Source of the DNA: Podarcis pityusensis
Lineage: Eukaryota
Assembly (NCBI GenBank): GCA_964106645.2
Contig: OZ067043.1
DNA length: 64,000 bases
Strand: one strand, 5' to 3'
The position numbers and the translations under genes are program-made. Below the pieces are notes generated by a model, which saw only the letters and a program-made list of their open reading frames with translations, was not told the origin of the DNA and searched no databases. Positions 12,734 to 25,495 of this stretch are shown one piece after another (positions within the stretch are counted from its first letter, which is position 1; each line of letters begins with the position of its first letter).

Positions 12734-13077
12734 AGAGACGTGGGTGGCGCTGTGGTCTAAACCACAGAGCCTAGGGCTTGCCGATCAGAAGGTCGGCGGT
12801 TTGAATCATCGCGACAGGGTGAGCTCCTGTTGCTCAGTCCCTGCTCCGGCTAACCTAGCAGTTCAAAAGCACGTCAAAGTGCAAGTAGATAAATAGGTAC
12901 CACTCTGGCGGGAAGGTAAACAGTGTTTCTGTGCGCTGCTCTGGTTCGCGAGAAGTGGCTTAGTCATGTTGGCCACATGACCCGGAAGCTGTACGCTGGC
13001 TCCCTCGGCCAGTAAAGCGAGATTAGTGCCGCAACCCCAGAGTCGTCCACAACTGCACCTATAAGGGTCCCTTTACC
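12734..13077 (+). mobile_element. Sauria SINE, full length
   Basis: tRNA-like head GACGTGGGTGGCGCTGTGG, B-box-like GGTTTGAATC, (ACCTTT)-type tail; TSD TTACTATGCGAATA/TTACTATCCGAATA. Confidence 0.93.
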
Positions 13078-14262
13078 TTACTATCCGAATACTGTAATTT
13101 TGCATAAAGAACTCTTTGATGTGCACTTTGTGAACTGTTTTCACTCAGATTTAAATTAAGTACTATAAACTGAAAGGAATAGCATTTGGACAGTGGAGAA
13201 ATTAGCAGAACTCTATAAGTCATTAAATGCCAAGACTGGGCCTACAGTATAAAAACAAGGTCTCATTTGCTGCTGTTCAACTTTCTGTGTCATCTGCCAT
13301 AGTAGCCAAAGTAAGCTAAAGTAAGCAAAAATGCAACTTCTGCAGATTAGCAGCAATCACTGAATGGAGTGGATGTCTGTTTCCCTAGCTTTCTGACTAG
13401 CTTTAAGATGCTTGCTCATGACCAGAGAAGAGCTACAAAAATGATGTGCATACTTACACGACTTGCTTATGTGCAACTGGAAAGAAGGGACAAGAAACTG
13501 CCTAGTTACCATGTTCGATCTCAGACAAGTATTCACACACCTTGTTTCTCATATCCTGCTGTCAAGATGTCATAATCATGGATATTCCACCCCCCTCAAA
13601 TTGAACACTATAGGATAAAGCTCCAGGAGCAAAAGAGTCCATCAAATCTATCTGTAAAGCGATCAGCATTTTGCATTTCCACTTCCTTGCAAGTGACTTA
13701 GTTAGAAGAAAACTGATTAGAAACAGAAAGGTAGGTATATGTCCTGTATTAGCTGCAGTAGTATGTATGCGCTCTCACACACATACACCCATGCCATTCT
13801 TTACCTGGCATGGTTCTCTCAGCTATGTTGCAGATCAAACAAGCATTTGCTTCCAAGTCACTAGCTAAACACTTGGGTGGAAAGCAAATAAGATTACCTT
13901 TATTAGAACACTAGAAGGTTTGATGATTGTATTTCCTCAGAAAGTGTCTAGGAGCCACAAGTAAGGCAAAAAAACTAACGTAACTACACTGAACTGTATG
14001 ACACTGTTCCTGTCACTCAACTGCTTCCACCTCCTGCCTCAAGCACAGGCCAATTATTTCCTTACATTTTTATAATTCATGTATAAGCACACCTACTATT
14101 ATTTGATCAAACAAATTCCATAGCCTGGATGTAGCACTCCTTTGTATTCCTTCCCATGCGAGAGGTGCTCTGATGGCATAGCAGAAATGCAAAAGAAAAA
14201 ATTCCCTGGGTCAAAAGCATATTCCATTAAAGATCAAGAGACATGTTTGTAGACTGGACAGG

Positions 14263-14318
14263 CATAGAATCAGAGTTGGAAGAGACCACAAGGGCCATCG
14301 AGTCCAACCCCCTGCCAA
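14263..14318 (-). mobile_element. CR1 LINE 3' terminus fragment
   Basis: CATAGAATCAGAGTTGGAAGAGACC...GTCCAACCCCCTGC; a similar stub lies at about 44142-44184. Confidence 0.6.
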
Positions 14319-15183
14319 ATAGGATAGCTGAAAGTGATTGAGAAATATAGCTTCCTATATGGCACACACATTTCTTCTGCCCCAATGCCGACCCTGGCGA
14401 ATTGTTTTGAAACGTGTAAAACCTGTTTCTCCAGGGTCAACAATGAAATTTATACATAGGAGATAACAATCCTTTCAAACTGCTCCTCAGCTCTCCACAA
14501 AAATCGCTCACCTGTGCCCCTGAGAGAACAAAGTGAGTACTGTGGGTTCAATACTACATTTCTTAGCAAGAAATGTTATTTTGTTAGGCTAACAATGTTG
14601 GGATTTCTCCTACACTGGGGAATTCCTTCAAGGGGCACTGCAACAGCAGAAGCGCAATATAACGTTCATAAGTTGTTGTCACTTCACAAGAACAGCACAA
14701 TCCCCACCACAGGTTGTCGTGACGATAAAATAGTCAAGATTAAGATGTAGTAAATAAATACCGGACCGGTAAAACAAATAAACCGGTAACTAAATATCAG
14801 GCGATCAGAGCAGCATCGTAGATGAGCGTATGCATTTTCCCATAAAGCAAAGGAAGATGTCAATAAAACGGGAAATCGGGGACAGCCTGTCATACAATTT
14901 AGTCCCCCATCAGTCGAAAGAGGCACTGGCGAATGTTCTTGCAGTTGAACTTATTAAAAGAGACACGGCGGGTGGGGGAAAAAAGCAGAGAAAACGAGTC
15001 TCTCGAAATCGAGGAAGTAAAAGGAACCTTCAGCTCACGAGGCTTCACACTTTCAGGAGCCTTAGAAACACCAGCAAGAAGAACCAAGGAGGAGGATACC
15101 GCTTCGCTATGTGCACAAAATAATCGTTTTGTGCCCGAAGAACACAGAAACAGCCCTCTGCTCTTCCCCGGACAACTTATTAC

Positions 15184-15222
15184 CTTCTCTTCATCCGACA
15201 CCCGATCCTCAAAGTCCGCCAT
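15184..15222 (-). CDS. CAPZA1: CAPZA1 coding exon 1 (F-actin capping protein alpha-1), MADFEDRVSDEEK
   Basis: ATG at 15222 in CAAAATGGCG context; 39 nt; GT donor at 15183. N-terminus is alpha-1 type (alpha-2 starts MADLEEQL); head-to-head with ST7L as in other amniotes. Confidence 0.97.
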
Positions 15223-16245
15223 TTTGGGTTCCCTAAACTCAGCCCCACCTGTCAGCCCAGCGCAAAGCGCGCTGGGAAGGGGGGCGTGGCTGGAGGCGAG
15301 GCACCACCCAGCCCACATGTCAATGGTGAGCGATGCGCTTCTTTGCTTTTCAGGGGATCTTATTGAAGCGGACAGGCGCCATCTTAGGTACGGGCAAGCC
15401 TGCCCTTTTAAGTCAAAGCAATGCAACTAGGCGGCCGCTACTCGCTGTGTAGACCTGAGTGACGTTTACGCTCGCCATGATGGGTAAGGGCAGAGCTACT
15501 GTAACGTGGAAGGAGTCGTCCGGCCACGCCCATTTAATGCCCCAGGGCGCAACCCTGCCCAGCGCTCAGATTATATCGGAGGCGGACACAGCGTACCGCA
15601 ATTCAGCAGCTCAGTTCCGTTCGCCGGACAGCATGTGGATTTCGCAAGGCGTGCTAAAAAATGTCTCTCTGTCTGCCCCCCCCCCAACACCCATCATCCT
15701 GAAAAAGAAAGGAAAGTGGGAGAACGCCATTCGCCCAAATTCCTAATGGTTAAAAACAGGGACTATCAGGCTACATTCTTGTATCTGCGTGCTGTGCATT
15801 TCACATGTACAGCATGCATTCAGTGGAGCGCACTTAGTTATTAAAAATGTATATCCCGTTTGTAAAAAAAAAAAAAAACCCAACCCTTAAAGACCACTTT
15901 ACAATTCCAAGCAGAAAAGCAATAATAAAATAAATAAAAATTCCCGCGGGTGGGGAATCAAAAATCGGAGCCGCGTCCCTTTTAATGAAAAAATCTGCAC
16001 GGGACGGCAGCCCTAAAAAAAAGGGAAAGAACAAAAGCGCTCCTTTTAAAGCAGGCCGGCGGTGGGGGTGTATCCCCAAGGGGTCCCCGCGAAGGCGGCT
16101 AACAGACACGTGCGCGGGGGACAAGAGACGGAGCAGCGGGCGCGCTCCCGCTTCTCTCAGAGTCAGGCGGCGGCGCGCCCGGCTAGTCCCTCCCTCCCTC
16201 CGTTCCTCCAGCCAGCCAGGCCTGAGCGAGCGAAGGGCGGGAGTC

Positions 16246-16453
16246 ATGGCGGAGAGTGGTCCTTCTCCTGTGGATGGGGATGCGGCGCCTTCCTCCTCCT
16301 CCTCCTCCCAGCTGCCCAGCCACTGCCCTCGGCGGTGGGAGAGGCTGAGACTGGCGGGGGGACCCTGGGCGCGGGCGCTGGCCCTGCTGGCGGCGCTCGG
16401 GCTCCTTTACTTCTTGCGAGGCCCGCTCCGGCTGCGGGATAACTTGGCGGCAG
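16246..16453 (+). CDS. ST7L: ST7L coding exon 1 (suppression of tumorigenicity 7-like), MAESGPSP...LLYFLRGPLRLRDNLAA
   Basis: ATG in GTCATGG context; hydrophobic TM-like stretch followed by LR.PLRL motif; GTGAGG donor; 208 nt, phase 1. Confidence 0.9.
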
Positions 16454-17504
16454 GTGAGGGGCTGCTCGGGGGGAGCGGGAGGGGAGAGCAGCTCTGTGGG
16501 CGCTGAGGGGACTCCGCCGCCGGGGAGGGGCGCGGGCTGGCCCGCCTCCTTTCCCTCCGCTGCTATGGACGTGAGGGGTGGGGGGCTTTGGGGCGGCCGG
16601 TTAGGGGTCTGTTTGGGCTACTCGCTGCCCCACAACTCTTCAGCCCTAATCTCAGGTGCTTGAGGTGCCGTTTGTGGAAAGAACTCTGCACGTGCTCCGT
16701 GAAACTGGCTTTACGCCGTTCATTTCTGGGCTGAGCCCTGCGGGTGAAAACAGGCTTCTCTAGAGCTATGACTTTGCCTCACACTAAAATCTGGGATGTG
16801 CTTACCTTGGGGTTGGTTGCATACAAATACAGTTTTCGTAAGAAGGGTCGTATTATTAGAAAGGATTGGTTCTTGCAGGTCTCCTGGGCTCTGTTCTCCT
16901 TTGTGTTTTGGTGTGTATTTAAGTGCTTCTGTCCTTTGGGGGCCTCATTATTTTTTGTCAAGCTATTTGTAAGCCAAGTTGGTTTTAAATCTGGTTCTCC
17001 ACTTTTCTTTGTGTCTGTTTATTTTAAAGATTGCAAGTCAGTCTGTAGTCCGTGATTTCTTCCCTTTGTCAGCTTTCTATCATCTGTTGCTGTCTGCAAG
17101 CCCTGAATGATGACAGCATCTATACTACCAGCTGTCAGATCCTCTGTGTCATCAAAACAGAAAGAAACTAAACCTGTTGTTTGAAAGCTGCAATTTACAC
17201 ACAGTCACTATTCTTTTATTAGAGCAGTGAGCTCCATACTCCCCTTTTGTTGCTTTTTTAAATTGCAGGCCTTACATAGATGCTAAGTCTCATAATATTT
17301 TGTTGGTCTAAAGTTAATGGTTGGGGAGTTAAAAGCACACTCTTAAGTCTGCAGGCCAGGATACAGCATGACTTACAGCTCAATCCTCTCCATGTTTATT
17401 TAAAAGTAAGTGCCATTATATTCAATGGGACTTATGTCATATGGTTACATCCTTAGTATCGGGTATTTTAATAAAACATCCCAAAGCATGATGATACATG
17501 CATA

Positions 17505-17835
17505 GGTAAAGGTGACTGGACCGTTAAGTCCAGTCGCAAACAACTCTGGGGTTGCGGCGCTCATTTCGCTTTACTGGCCGAGGGAGTCAGTGTTTGTCCT
17601 CAGACAGCTTCCAGGTCATGTGGCCAGCATGACTAAGCCGCTTCTGGCAAACCTTCCCACTAGAGTGGTACCTATTTAGCTACTTGCACTTTGACCTGCT
17701 TTCGAACTGCTAGGTGGGCAGGAGCTGGGACTGAACAACAGGAGCTCACCCCGTCGTGGGGATTTGAACCGCTGACCTTCTGATCAGCAAGCCCTAGGCT
17801 CAGTGGTTTAGACCACAGCGCCACTCGCATCCTCA
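17505..17835 (-). mobile_element. Sauria SINE
   Basis: Reverse complement of the 12734 family; TSD ATACATGCATA/ATACATGCCTA. Confidence 0.92.
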
Positions 17836-18631
17836 ATACATGCCTAACTTCAGAACAATGTGTTCATGGGTTAACGTTCTAGGGAATGAAGGAGAGTCTG
17901 CTTATTTACTTGCCTGGTGGGCCTACTGAGTTTTGCCATACTCAGCACATGAAGCACTACATCAAGTTAAGTTGACTTTTACCTTAGGATCCCCCTCAGG
18001 GCTTAATGCAAATGCCCTGCTTTTAACTTGGTCTTAGTTTGTGTGTTTAAGACTTTGTCTCTTGCATTCTGTGGTTTCAAAAGCCCAGGAAGGTAGACTT
18101 GTTCAGACAAAACTAGCTATACTGGTTAAATTGTGAGACTCACTAATATAAGAGCTGTCAATTTCTCATTGTCAACATACCATATTCATTTTCTTTAGAC
18201 TTTTTATCTACTAATCTCTTGCTAAATAACAATCAGTAGGCCTAACCCACAAACAAGATTCAGTGTTGTAGGTTGGTTAATAAAATGCCTCAGGTAGTAT
18301 CTGTCTGGATTTTATGAATCAGTCCTAAACATGCATATTCAAAAGTAAATCTTACAGAGTACAATGAGATTTACTTCCTGTTAGCATGCAGCAGTGTTAG
18401 TTTACCTTTGAGCTGCTTCAGATATGTTGTTCCTACATGGAAATAGATGTTTGCAATGATCTGTATTCAAATTTCTCACAATTACAAGGAACCCTTAAGT
18501 GTTGACACTTCTTGGAAGATTACGGCTTAATTTTGAATACTTTGAACCCTTGTTACAAGAAGCACATTCTATGCTCCATGCTAAAAGAAATGTTTGTGCC
18601 CATTCTAATAAAAAAATGAAACTAGTGTCTA

Positions 18632-19227
18632 TTGTTGTTTATTAAATTTCTACACCGCCCTTCATCCTAGGATCACAGGGCAGTTTACAATGTAAGAACG
18701 CAAAACTGCATAACATAGTAACAAACAAAAACAGTTACACTCCCTCACAGTTTTAAAGGCTGCAGATGGCTTAATTAGCCAGAGGCTTAGGAGAAGAGGG
18801 ACGTTTTCACCTGGTGCCTAAATATATGTAATGAAGGTGCCAGGCAAGCCTCCCTATGGAGAGCATTCCACAAATGGGGAGCCACTACAAAAAAGCCCAT
18901 TCTTGTGTTGCCATCTTCTGGACCTCTCATGGAGTGGGTACACAAAGAAGTGGCTCAGATGATGATCACAGGTTCTGAGTCTGTTCATATGGGAAGAGGC
19001 AATCCTTGAGGTATTGCAGTCCTGAGCTGTTTAAGGCTTTATGGGTAAAAACCAGCACTTTGAATTTGTCTCAGGAATTGATTGGCAGCCATTACAGTTA
19101 GACCAGGATTGGCATTATATGCTCAAACTTTCTTGCTCCGGTGAGCAACCTGACCGCTGACTTCTGCACCAGTTGAAGCTTCCTGTTTTCAGAGGCTGCC
19201 CCACATATAATGCATTGTAGTAATCTC
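18632..19227 (-). mobile_element. L2-type LINE 3' fragment
   Basis: Minus strand encodes a decayed DYxNALYVG..RKLQLVQ..A.RLL region and ends in an AATAAAC-type tail. Confidence 0.8.
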
Positions 19228-19524
19228 GGTCCTTATTTAAATATATCTATACTGCTCTTCACCATATGGTCACAAGGCAAGGTACAACACACCAATATGT
19301 GTTTTCAAAAGTATTTAAAATTGAGCAAATATCCATAATTCCCCATATTTTACTCTTTACAGATTTAAGTTAAAGCTATTAAACTTGTGTTAAAACTGTG
19401 GTTTGCTGTTTTGGATCCTTGTCTTTGACTGTATCTAGGTTAAGAGAAAGCTAAAATATCAGTTAAAACATTTAGGGTTAGCTGTTTGAACTCAAACTCA
19501 TGGACTTCTTATGAAGCTAAACAT

Positions 19525-19742
19525 TGAACAAAGAAACAAAAAGTACTTAACACAGCACGTAGTGAAATTATGGTATTCTCTACCATGAACAGTGGTGATG
19601 CCTACCGTGTTGGATGGCTTTCAATGGACTAGCCACAGTAGCTAGGTTCTAGCTCTACTGTTGGAAGCAGTACAGTATGTCTTTGAATAGCAGTTTCTGG
19701 GAATCACAGGTGGGAAGAATGTTGTTGTGTTTGAGTCCTGTC
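19525..19742 (+). mobile_element. CR1-type LINE 3' fragment
   Basis: AAGTACTTAACACAGCAC..AAATTATGG..GTGGTGATG..TTGGATGGCTTT resembles the squamate CR1 3' end. Confidence 0.55.
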
Positions 19743-19973
19743 CAGCACTTTTAGCTAAAAAGTCTACTTTAACATTAATGGTTCTCCTCTAACATTCAAA
19801 GCATAGCTTACCTGGGTTACATCATTTCCGGATTCAGACTTTCCAAAAAGTACCCACAACCAACGGAGGAATTGATACTGTGTAGGTGTGTGCGTGCGTT
19901 GCTTAAGTAATGTCATCTCAGACACTGAGAGGCAAATGTATTGATTGACAAAGCTTCCCTTTTTCTTTGACAG

Positions 19974-20056
19974 TGACCATTTTCTTGAGCACATTGACTC
20001 CAAAATTCTATGTTGCACTTACTGGGACATCTTCTCTGATATCCGGTCTGATATTT
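19974..20056 (+). CDS. ST7L: ST7L exon 2, VTIFLSTLTPKFYVALTGTSSLISGLIF
   Basis: 83 nt, CAG/GTAAGT; invariant TPKFYVALTGTSSLISGLI motif of the ST7 family. Confidence 0.97.
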
Positions 20057-20118
20057 GTAAGTAATTTTCTCTATTTACTCATGCTGGAATTTTTGTTGAT
20101 CCTACAGAACCAGAAATA

Positions 20119-20542
20119 TAGTATGATTGTGTCTTGTGCTGGGGTTGCATTCCAGGGATGGCACATACATGCAAAAATGCATATACTTGAACCTCCCCCT
20201 TCGAACCACCCTCACAGGGCCATCCTGACCTTCCAAGGAAGGCAGAGACCTCTTAAGCTCTCCATCTTGCTTACCAGGCTCTGGGAGGCTCTCATGATAT
20301 TTAATGTGGCCACTCAAGTTCCTGCAGTATCTAACGAGAGCCTCCCAAAGCCTGGTAAGCAAGTCTGAGAGCTTAAAAGTGCTTTCCACACCAGGAAAAC
20401 CAAGTGCAAAAGGAGCTTTTAGGCTCTGCTTTGCATGCAATTAATTTGTGGGATTTCAGCTGGCCAGCTTTCAACTACGCAAGGTTGAAATTGCACACGT
20501 TAGGATGCAATTGCACTGTAGAGTAAAAGTGAGATTATACTA
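20119..20542. mobile_element. Degenerate MITE with long internal inverted repeat
   Basis: Decayed TIRs TAGTATGATT / GATTATACTA; internal inverted repeat 20253-20376, which explains LLTRLWEAL appearing in ORFs on both strands. Confidence 0.6.
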
Positions 20543-21215
20543 CTACGTAGGCTAGTATTTAAAATGCAGCACACAAGTATTGTATAGAAATCTTCAGATT
20601 TTAGATGTTTAGAAGATTAAAAGTTATTTTTTTAATTGCTAAGATGGCTATTTAGTCCCTTCTGCTGCTTAGGACAAAGAAGTAAGAGATTAATGCATAC
20701 TCAATCCTAAATTTTGGCCTGCTTTTAAGACTGTTATTAAAATGTCCAGGAAAATGTCTACAGCAACTAAGAATAGGTCATGTCTGCATCCACAGTACCT
20801 TTTGGGGATTTTTGGAAGATGAGGAATAGTTACTGTGAAATGTGATGCATCTGTGTTTACAGTGTTACAGATTAATTTTTAAAATTAGTCTTTTGTAAAC
20901 TGTGCCAGTCTGAAGATGAAAGTTACCTTTGATATGCCAGCTGAACTCTAGGTGGCGCTCCTGTACAGAAAAAGAAACCAACATTTTTATTCATTTTGAT
21001 GTGATTCCTTGCTGGTAACCACAGCCTTCCAAGTAAAAAAATGAAATGGTTTATAGCATTATAAGGGGCAGCTGTGACAATAGTGTTGAGCCTTCCCCGG
21101 CAGTATTCTGAATCACATTGCTTAGGCTGCCAAGTCATTTGTGGGACTCTACCTGCATTGCCTCATTATCATGGCTGTATGAGGGGGCCTTATGCATAGC
21201 CACAGTTGCACTATA

Positions 21216-21417
21216 CAGTGATACTTCGGGTTACATACGCTTCAGGTTATAGACTCTGCTAACCCAGAAATAGTACCTCGGGTTTAAGAACTTTGCTTCA
21301 GGATGAGAACAGAAATTGTGCGGTGGCAGCAGCGGGAGGCCCCATTAGCTAAAGTGGTGCTTCAGGTTAAGAACGGACCTCCGGAACGAGTTAAGTACGT
21401 AACCAAAGGTACCACTG
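21216..21417. mobile_element. Tc1/mariner MITE
   Basis: TA-CAGTGATACTTCGGGTTAC ... GTAACCAAAGGTACCACTG-TA. Confidence 0.87.
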
Positions 21418-22211
21418 TAATGCCATTCCATTGAACATAAAATATGCATATTAGGAGCAGTGTACAAACCAAAAAGATGATGAAAATATTATCATTTGCC
21501 TTCAGGCAGTTCTTGTTCATCTTGAGTCCACCAGCATATGATTTATGGCACCCCATGTTTTACCAGAATTGCCCAGAGTAGCATTTAGTTTTTGCCTGGA
21601 TCCTACTTGCTGGGGCCAAATCTCTGACATAGGACATGCTAGTTCTGAGTCCTGTGCAGCACTGTGTTCAAAAGGTAAGATGAAACCTGTCTATCTATTC
21701 CTAACCCTCATGCAGTGCCACAAATAAATGTACACAAGTGGTTGTAGGAGCGGTGTGCTATCACAGGGTAGTAAAATGACCAAAATCAAGTGCATAGTAT
21801 TAGAAGAAAGACGGTTAAGTCTGCTTTCCTGGATTAGTTTTAATTTGAAAAACATAGGATACTATTTTTAAGCCAATATTTTCCATTGGAAGCGGGGGGA
21901 GCAGCCCTGTGGTAAGAACAAATAGATTTCTTGGGCTATCTTATATCTCCATTACACTTTTGTTTACAGAGAAACAGGAAGTGGCTGAAATTTGGGGGCA
22001 TTGCTTACTACTTTGCTGGTGGCTGTGCTCTAAAAGGGCTTTGTTTAGAAACAATTCTTTTCTATCACATTATCTGTGGGCAAACTGTCAACCTTTGCTG
22101 AAAGGAACCATAAATATAATTGCGGCCGGCCTATTGTTTTGTGAGCAAGTGACGTGACTTGAGATTCTTGACCCAATGGTTTATTGTATGTTTTTCTGTT
22201 TCTCACTGCAG

Positions 22212-22377
22212 ATATTTGAATGGTGGTATTTCAGGAAATATGGCACATCTTTCATTGAGCAGGTATCCGTGAGCCATTTACGACCACTTATTGGAGGAGC
22301 AGAGAATACTAATTCTCCACAGGCAACTTTCTCTGCCACTAGTGGAGAAAATGAGACAAGCAGGCAGAGTTTGTCAG
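22212..22377 (+). CDS. ST7L: ST7L exon 3, [26 protein letters not shown]...QSLS
   Basis: 166 nt, CAG/GTGATT. Confidence 0.95.
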
Positions 22378-23269
22378 GTGATTGCTTCTAACATCTGGCT
22401 TTGTGCAAATGTATTTCGTGATAGCTGGCCTTAGCCAAAGCCTGTAAATACAATTTATGTTTATTTTTGTAAATGGGCTTAGCTTTGCATCAGGTAATGC
22501 CTTTGTCTTGCTTAGGAAAAACAAGAGAGATAAAGTAAATCAGATAGGGCAAAGCCTTTTTTAGTGGGGGCAGGTGAGTTGTTGAGTTTAGTATTTTATT
22601 TTCCACAACCCCTTGCAATTTCCAAATCAATATGATTTTTAATTTTTTTTATAATAGATATCTTGCCTTTATATATTTTGCTATATAGATCAATGTGACA
22701 AGTGGCTTTTGTTTTTGTTTTTTGGAAAATTGCTTGCTTTGCACCTACGTGTGATAGAAAAACTGTTTTCTTGAAGTGGTATCTCAATTTAGACATTCAT
22801 CCAAACTGTAATTTGGGCTATCAAAAACAAACCAGGGTTTCCTCTGTTTCCTTTCTTCTTACTTGGGGCTTTCCCTTTTTAAATTTTCTGTTTAACACCA
22901 TTAACACTGGTAATTTGTCATGCCATCCACATTTTAATACTATGGTTAGGGCTTGCCATGCCTGCTTCAAACGATTGTTTATGAATCTAGTTTTGAAAGC
23001 AAGTGCGAGCCATCATTTCAGATTTGCATGTCATGGTAAATTATGACTACTGCAGACCAGAAAAGGGAGAAACCAGAATGTGAGCCCATGATTATTTCTG
23101 ATTCTGCGGAGGAAACATTTTTTTAATATGTGGGCAAGTTCAGAAGTAATGATTTCATATTTATTGAACCAAGATTCTTATGGTGAACCAGGCCTCAACA
23201 CACAAGGCATATAGGTTAGAAATCTACAGTTCTGGCTTAATTTTGAGATTAAACTGTTTCCTTTTACAG

Positions 23270-23324
23270 AGTGCAAAGTATGGAGAAATCCCCTTAATCT
23301 CTTTAGAGGAGCAGAATATAGCAG
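23270..23324 (+). CDS. ST7L: ST7L exon 4, [19 protein letters not shown]
   Basis: 55 nt, CAG/GTATTT. Confidence 0.96.
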
Positions 23325-23614
23325 GTATTTTTATCTTTGTGATATTAGTGTATAGCCATTTTTGTAAAATAAATTAAAATAGAACTAGAGCTTCTGGTTT
23401 GTCAGAACGTTGTAATCTTACTCTTTCCTGTAAATTCCATATATAAAGACAAAGATGGATCTGTTTGGATAGATGATTCATTTCTAAATGCGTCCTTTAG
23501 GTTGGCATGTAGATACTTAAATGGGAGCGTATCCGACTGGCTTTCTTTTGAGTAGATATGCAAAGAATTGGGCTGTTAATGAAGCCTCTTTTCTTTTTCT
23601 TTCTTTTTTTAAAG

Positions 23615-23730
23615 ATATACATGGGTGACTGGAAAGGAGCCACTTACATATTATGACATGAACTTATCTGCTCAGGATCACCAGACCTTTTTCACATGTG
23701 AAACGGACTCAGTTCGACCTTCAGATGCAG
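23615..23730 (+). CDS. ST7L: ST7L exon 5, YTWVTGKEPLTYYDMNLSAQDHQTFFTCETDSVRPSDA
   Basis: 116 nt, AAG acceptor after long pyrimidine tract, GTATCA donor. Confidence 0.96.
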
Positions 23731-23999
23731 GTATCAAATGTATCTCTTGTATGAAAGATAAAAAGATGTCTGGCCATGAATAGTTTTTTATGTTGGGAAT
23801 GCTTGTTCTAAATATCTTTTCTAAGTCTCTTTTATATTTGATGGATAATTTATGCCATTTTTCCTAATGTTTCTGATCTCTTGGGATGGAGACACCAGGA
23901 TGAGAAAAACAAACCTTAAGTCATTATTATTGCCAGAACTTTGCATGTCTGTGATAATATTTTTACATATGTCCTCTGCTCACCTGAGAGTCCTGTCCA

Positions 24000-24162
24000 A
24001 GACTACATAGCAGGAAAGAAAGGTGTATTGTGGCACCTTAAAGACTAAAATGTTTACCATGCACATGGACCTCATTGGATGCATTCAGCAGAATTTTTGT
24101 GACAGTTCAAGACCCTCACTGTTCTTGCTACAGCAAGATAGATATGGCTACCCCTCTTGAGT
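24000..24162. mobile_element. Degenerate Penelope-like remnant
   Basis: TGTGGCACCTTAAAGACTAA followed by the opposite-orientation ...GATATGGCTACCCCTCT. Confidence 0.55.
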
Positions 24163-24636
24163 TTGTTACTCTCAATAGTAAGACTTACAAATGTTACGGA
24201 CTTCTGAATGTTGAATTACCACTATAAAAAACCCCTGCCATGCCCCGAGATTATTATATTTCTTTGCTTTTGATTGCACCAAATTGTATTGAGGGTTACA
24301 TATTGTCTATTCTATCTTTAAAGCAATGGCATTTGTCATATCTGGCCTTTGTCAGCTTATGTGTTAATTCTTACTAGTTCATCTAAATCGGCAAGAGTTA
24401 GCTGTCTACACATTAATCTGATGAGATGTTTAATGATATGAGAGCTGTAGTTTTTGTTTTATAAACATCGTATATTGTTTCATCATCAGAGCCAAAACTA
24501 ACATTATGTTTTCAGAAAAATGCTCCAACATTTTCCACATTATTCTTGCTGGACAGTTGCAGGTTTAGTTCCAAAAGAAACGTATATTGGTTCTCTCCCT
24601 TTCTTATAAAAACTGAGGACCATCAGATATATTCAA

Positions 24637-24724
24637 ACTGCAATCCTGTGCTTTCTCACCTGGGAGTCAGCTCAATTGAAATCAGTTGGATTTACTTCTG
24701 AGTAGACATGAATAGGATTGTGCA
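24637..24724. mobile_element. Short (~90 bp) palindromic MITE-like repeat, best-preserved copy of a dispersed family
   Basis: CTGCAATCCT ... AGGATTGTGC ends with core TTACTTCTGAGTAGACATG; related copies near 17375, 18320, 27885, 29620, 38840, 52250 and 58665. Confidence 0.6.
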
Positions 24725-25103
24725 ATCAGTTCATGAATGTTGACTTTTTAGCCTTTGTTGGGATTAGGGTTTCATTTCCAAAAAATTGAACCCAGCCAAG
24801 TGAGTGGCAATGATGAGAATTTTATTCACTTAAAATGAATAGCATCTGGCAGAAGAGGAGGAAACAACAGCCAGGCCAATCCCACCAGCTTTGGCACTGT
24901 TCTCCATGTAGCCACACTCATTCCACTCAGAGACTATCAGTGACCAAACTTACCTTGCAGCCAGCAGGAGGGAAAACAACAAACTTTCATGAGCCACCTG
25001 GGGCTAATTGCCACAAGTTCTGCCCCCCCTCTTCTGTCGGTCACCTTATGAATTTTTCTCTTTTAAAAATAAAGATCAAGAATAATATACATTTATGATA
25101 GGG

Positions 25104-25367
25104 CAGGGGTCGGCACTCTAGCAGGGCTGGTTCACTCTAGCAGAGATCCCTCCGTGGGTCAGATCATGCGCACGCGCGATTTCCGGCGTCTGCGCAGACG
25201 TGATTTCTGGTGCTGTGGAAGTGAGTCCATGCGCTGTGCTGCGCCAGTTTAGCACAGCGCATGGGGACTCGCTGAGCAGGCAGCTCAGTTTGGGGGCAGC
25301 TCGTGGGTTAATTAAATGACCCCCATGGGTCACTTGTAGCCCATGGGCCTTAGGTTGCCAACCCCTG
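25104..25367. mobile_element. hAT MITE
   Basis: TIRs CAGGGGTCGGCA / TGCCAACCCCTG; perfect 8-bp TSD TGATAGGG. Confidence 0.9.
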
Positions 25368-25495
25368 TGATAGGGGCTGGTGTTCAGTTTGGTAGTGGCT
25401 TTATTCTTAGAAAGAGAGATGTTTGTTTGTTTGTTTCTCCATGAATACTTACAGTCATGACTTGCCTGTAAATAAATCCTATTTTCCCCCAACAG

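Larger units (their letters stand above)
15100..16750. promoter_or_regulatory. CpG-island bidirectional promoter shared by CAPZA1 and ST7L
   Basis: GC/CpG-rich; the two ATGs diverge about 1.02 kb apart. GC box GGGGCGTGGC 15281-15290; YY1-type CGCCATCTT 15377-15385 and CGCCATTTT over the CAPZA1 ATG; CRE half-site TGACGT 15460-15465; KLF/SP CCACGCCC 15524-15531; E-box CACGTG 16107-16112. Confidence 0.88.

Noticed and set aside
12734-12830. tRNA gene
   Set aside because: The A/B-box-like motifs belong to the tRNA-derived head of a Sauria SINE; no cloverleaf.
14899-16663. Long overlapping ORFs around the promoter as extra genes
   Set aside because: Expected from stop-codon scarcity in a CpG island; only the CAPZA1 and ST7L first-exon parts have homology.
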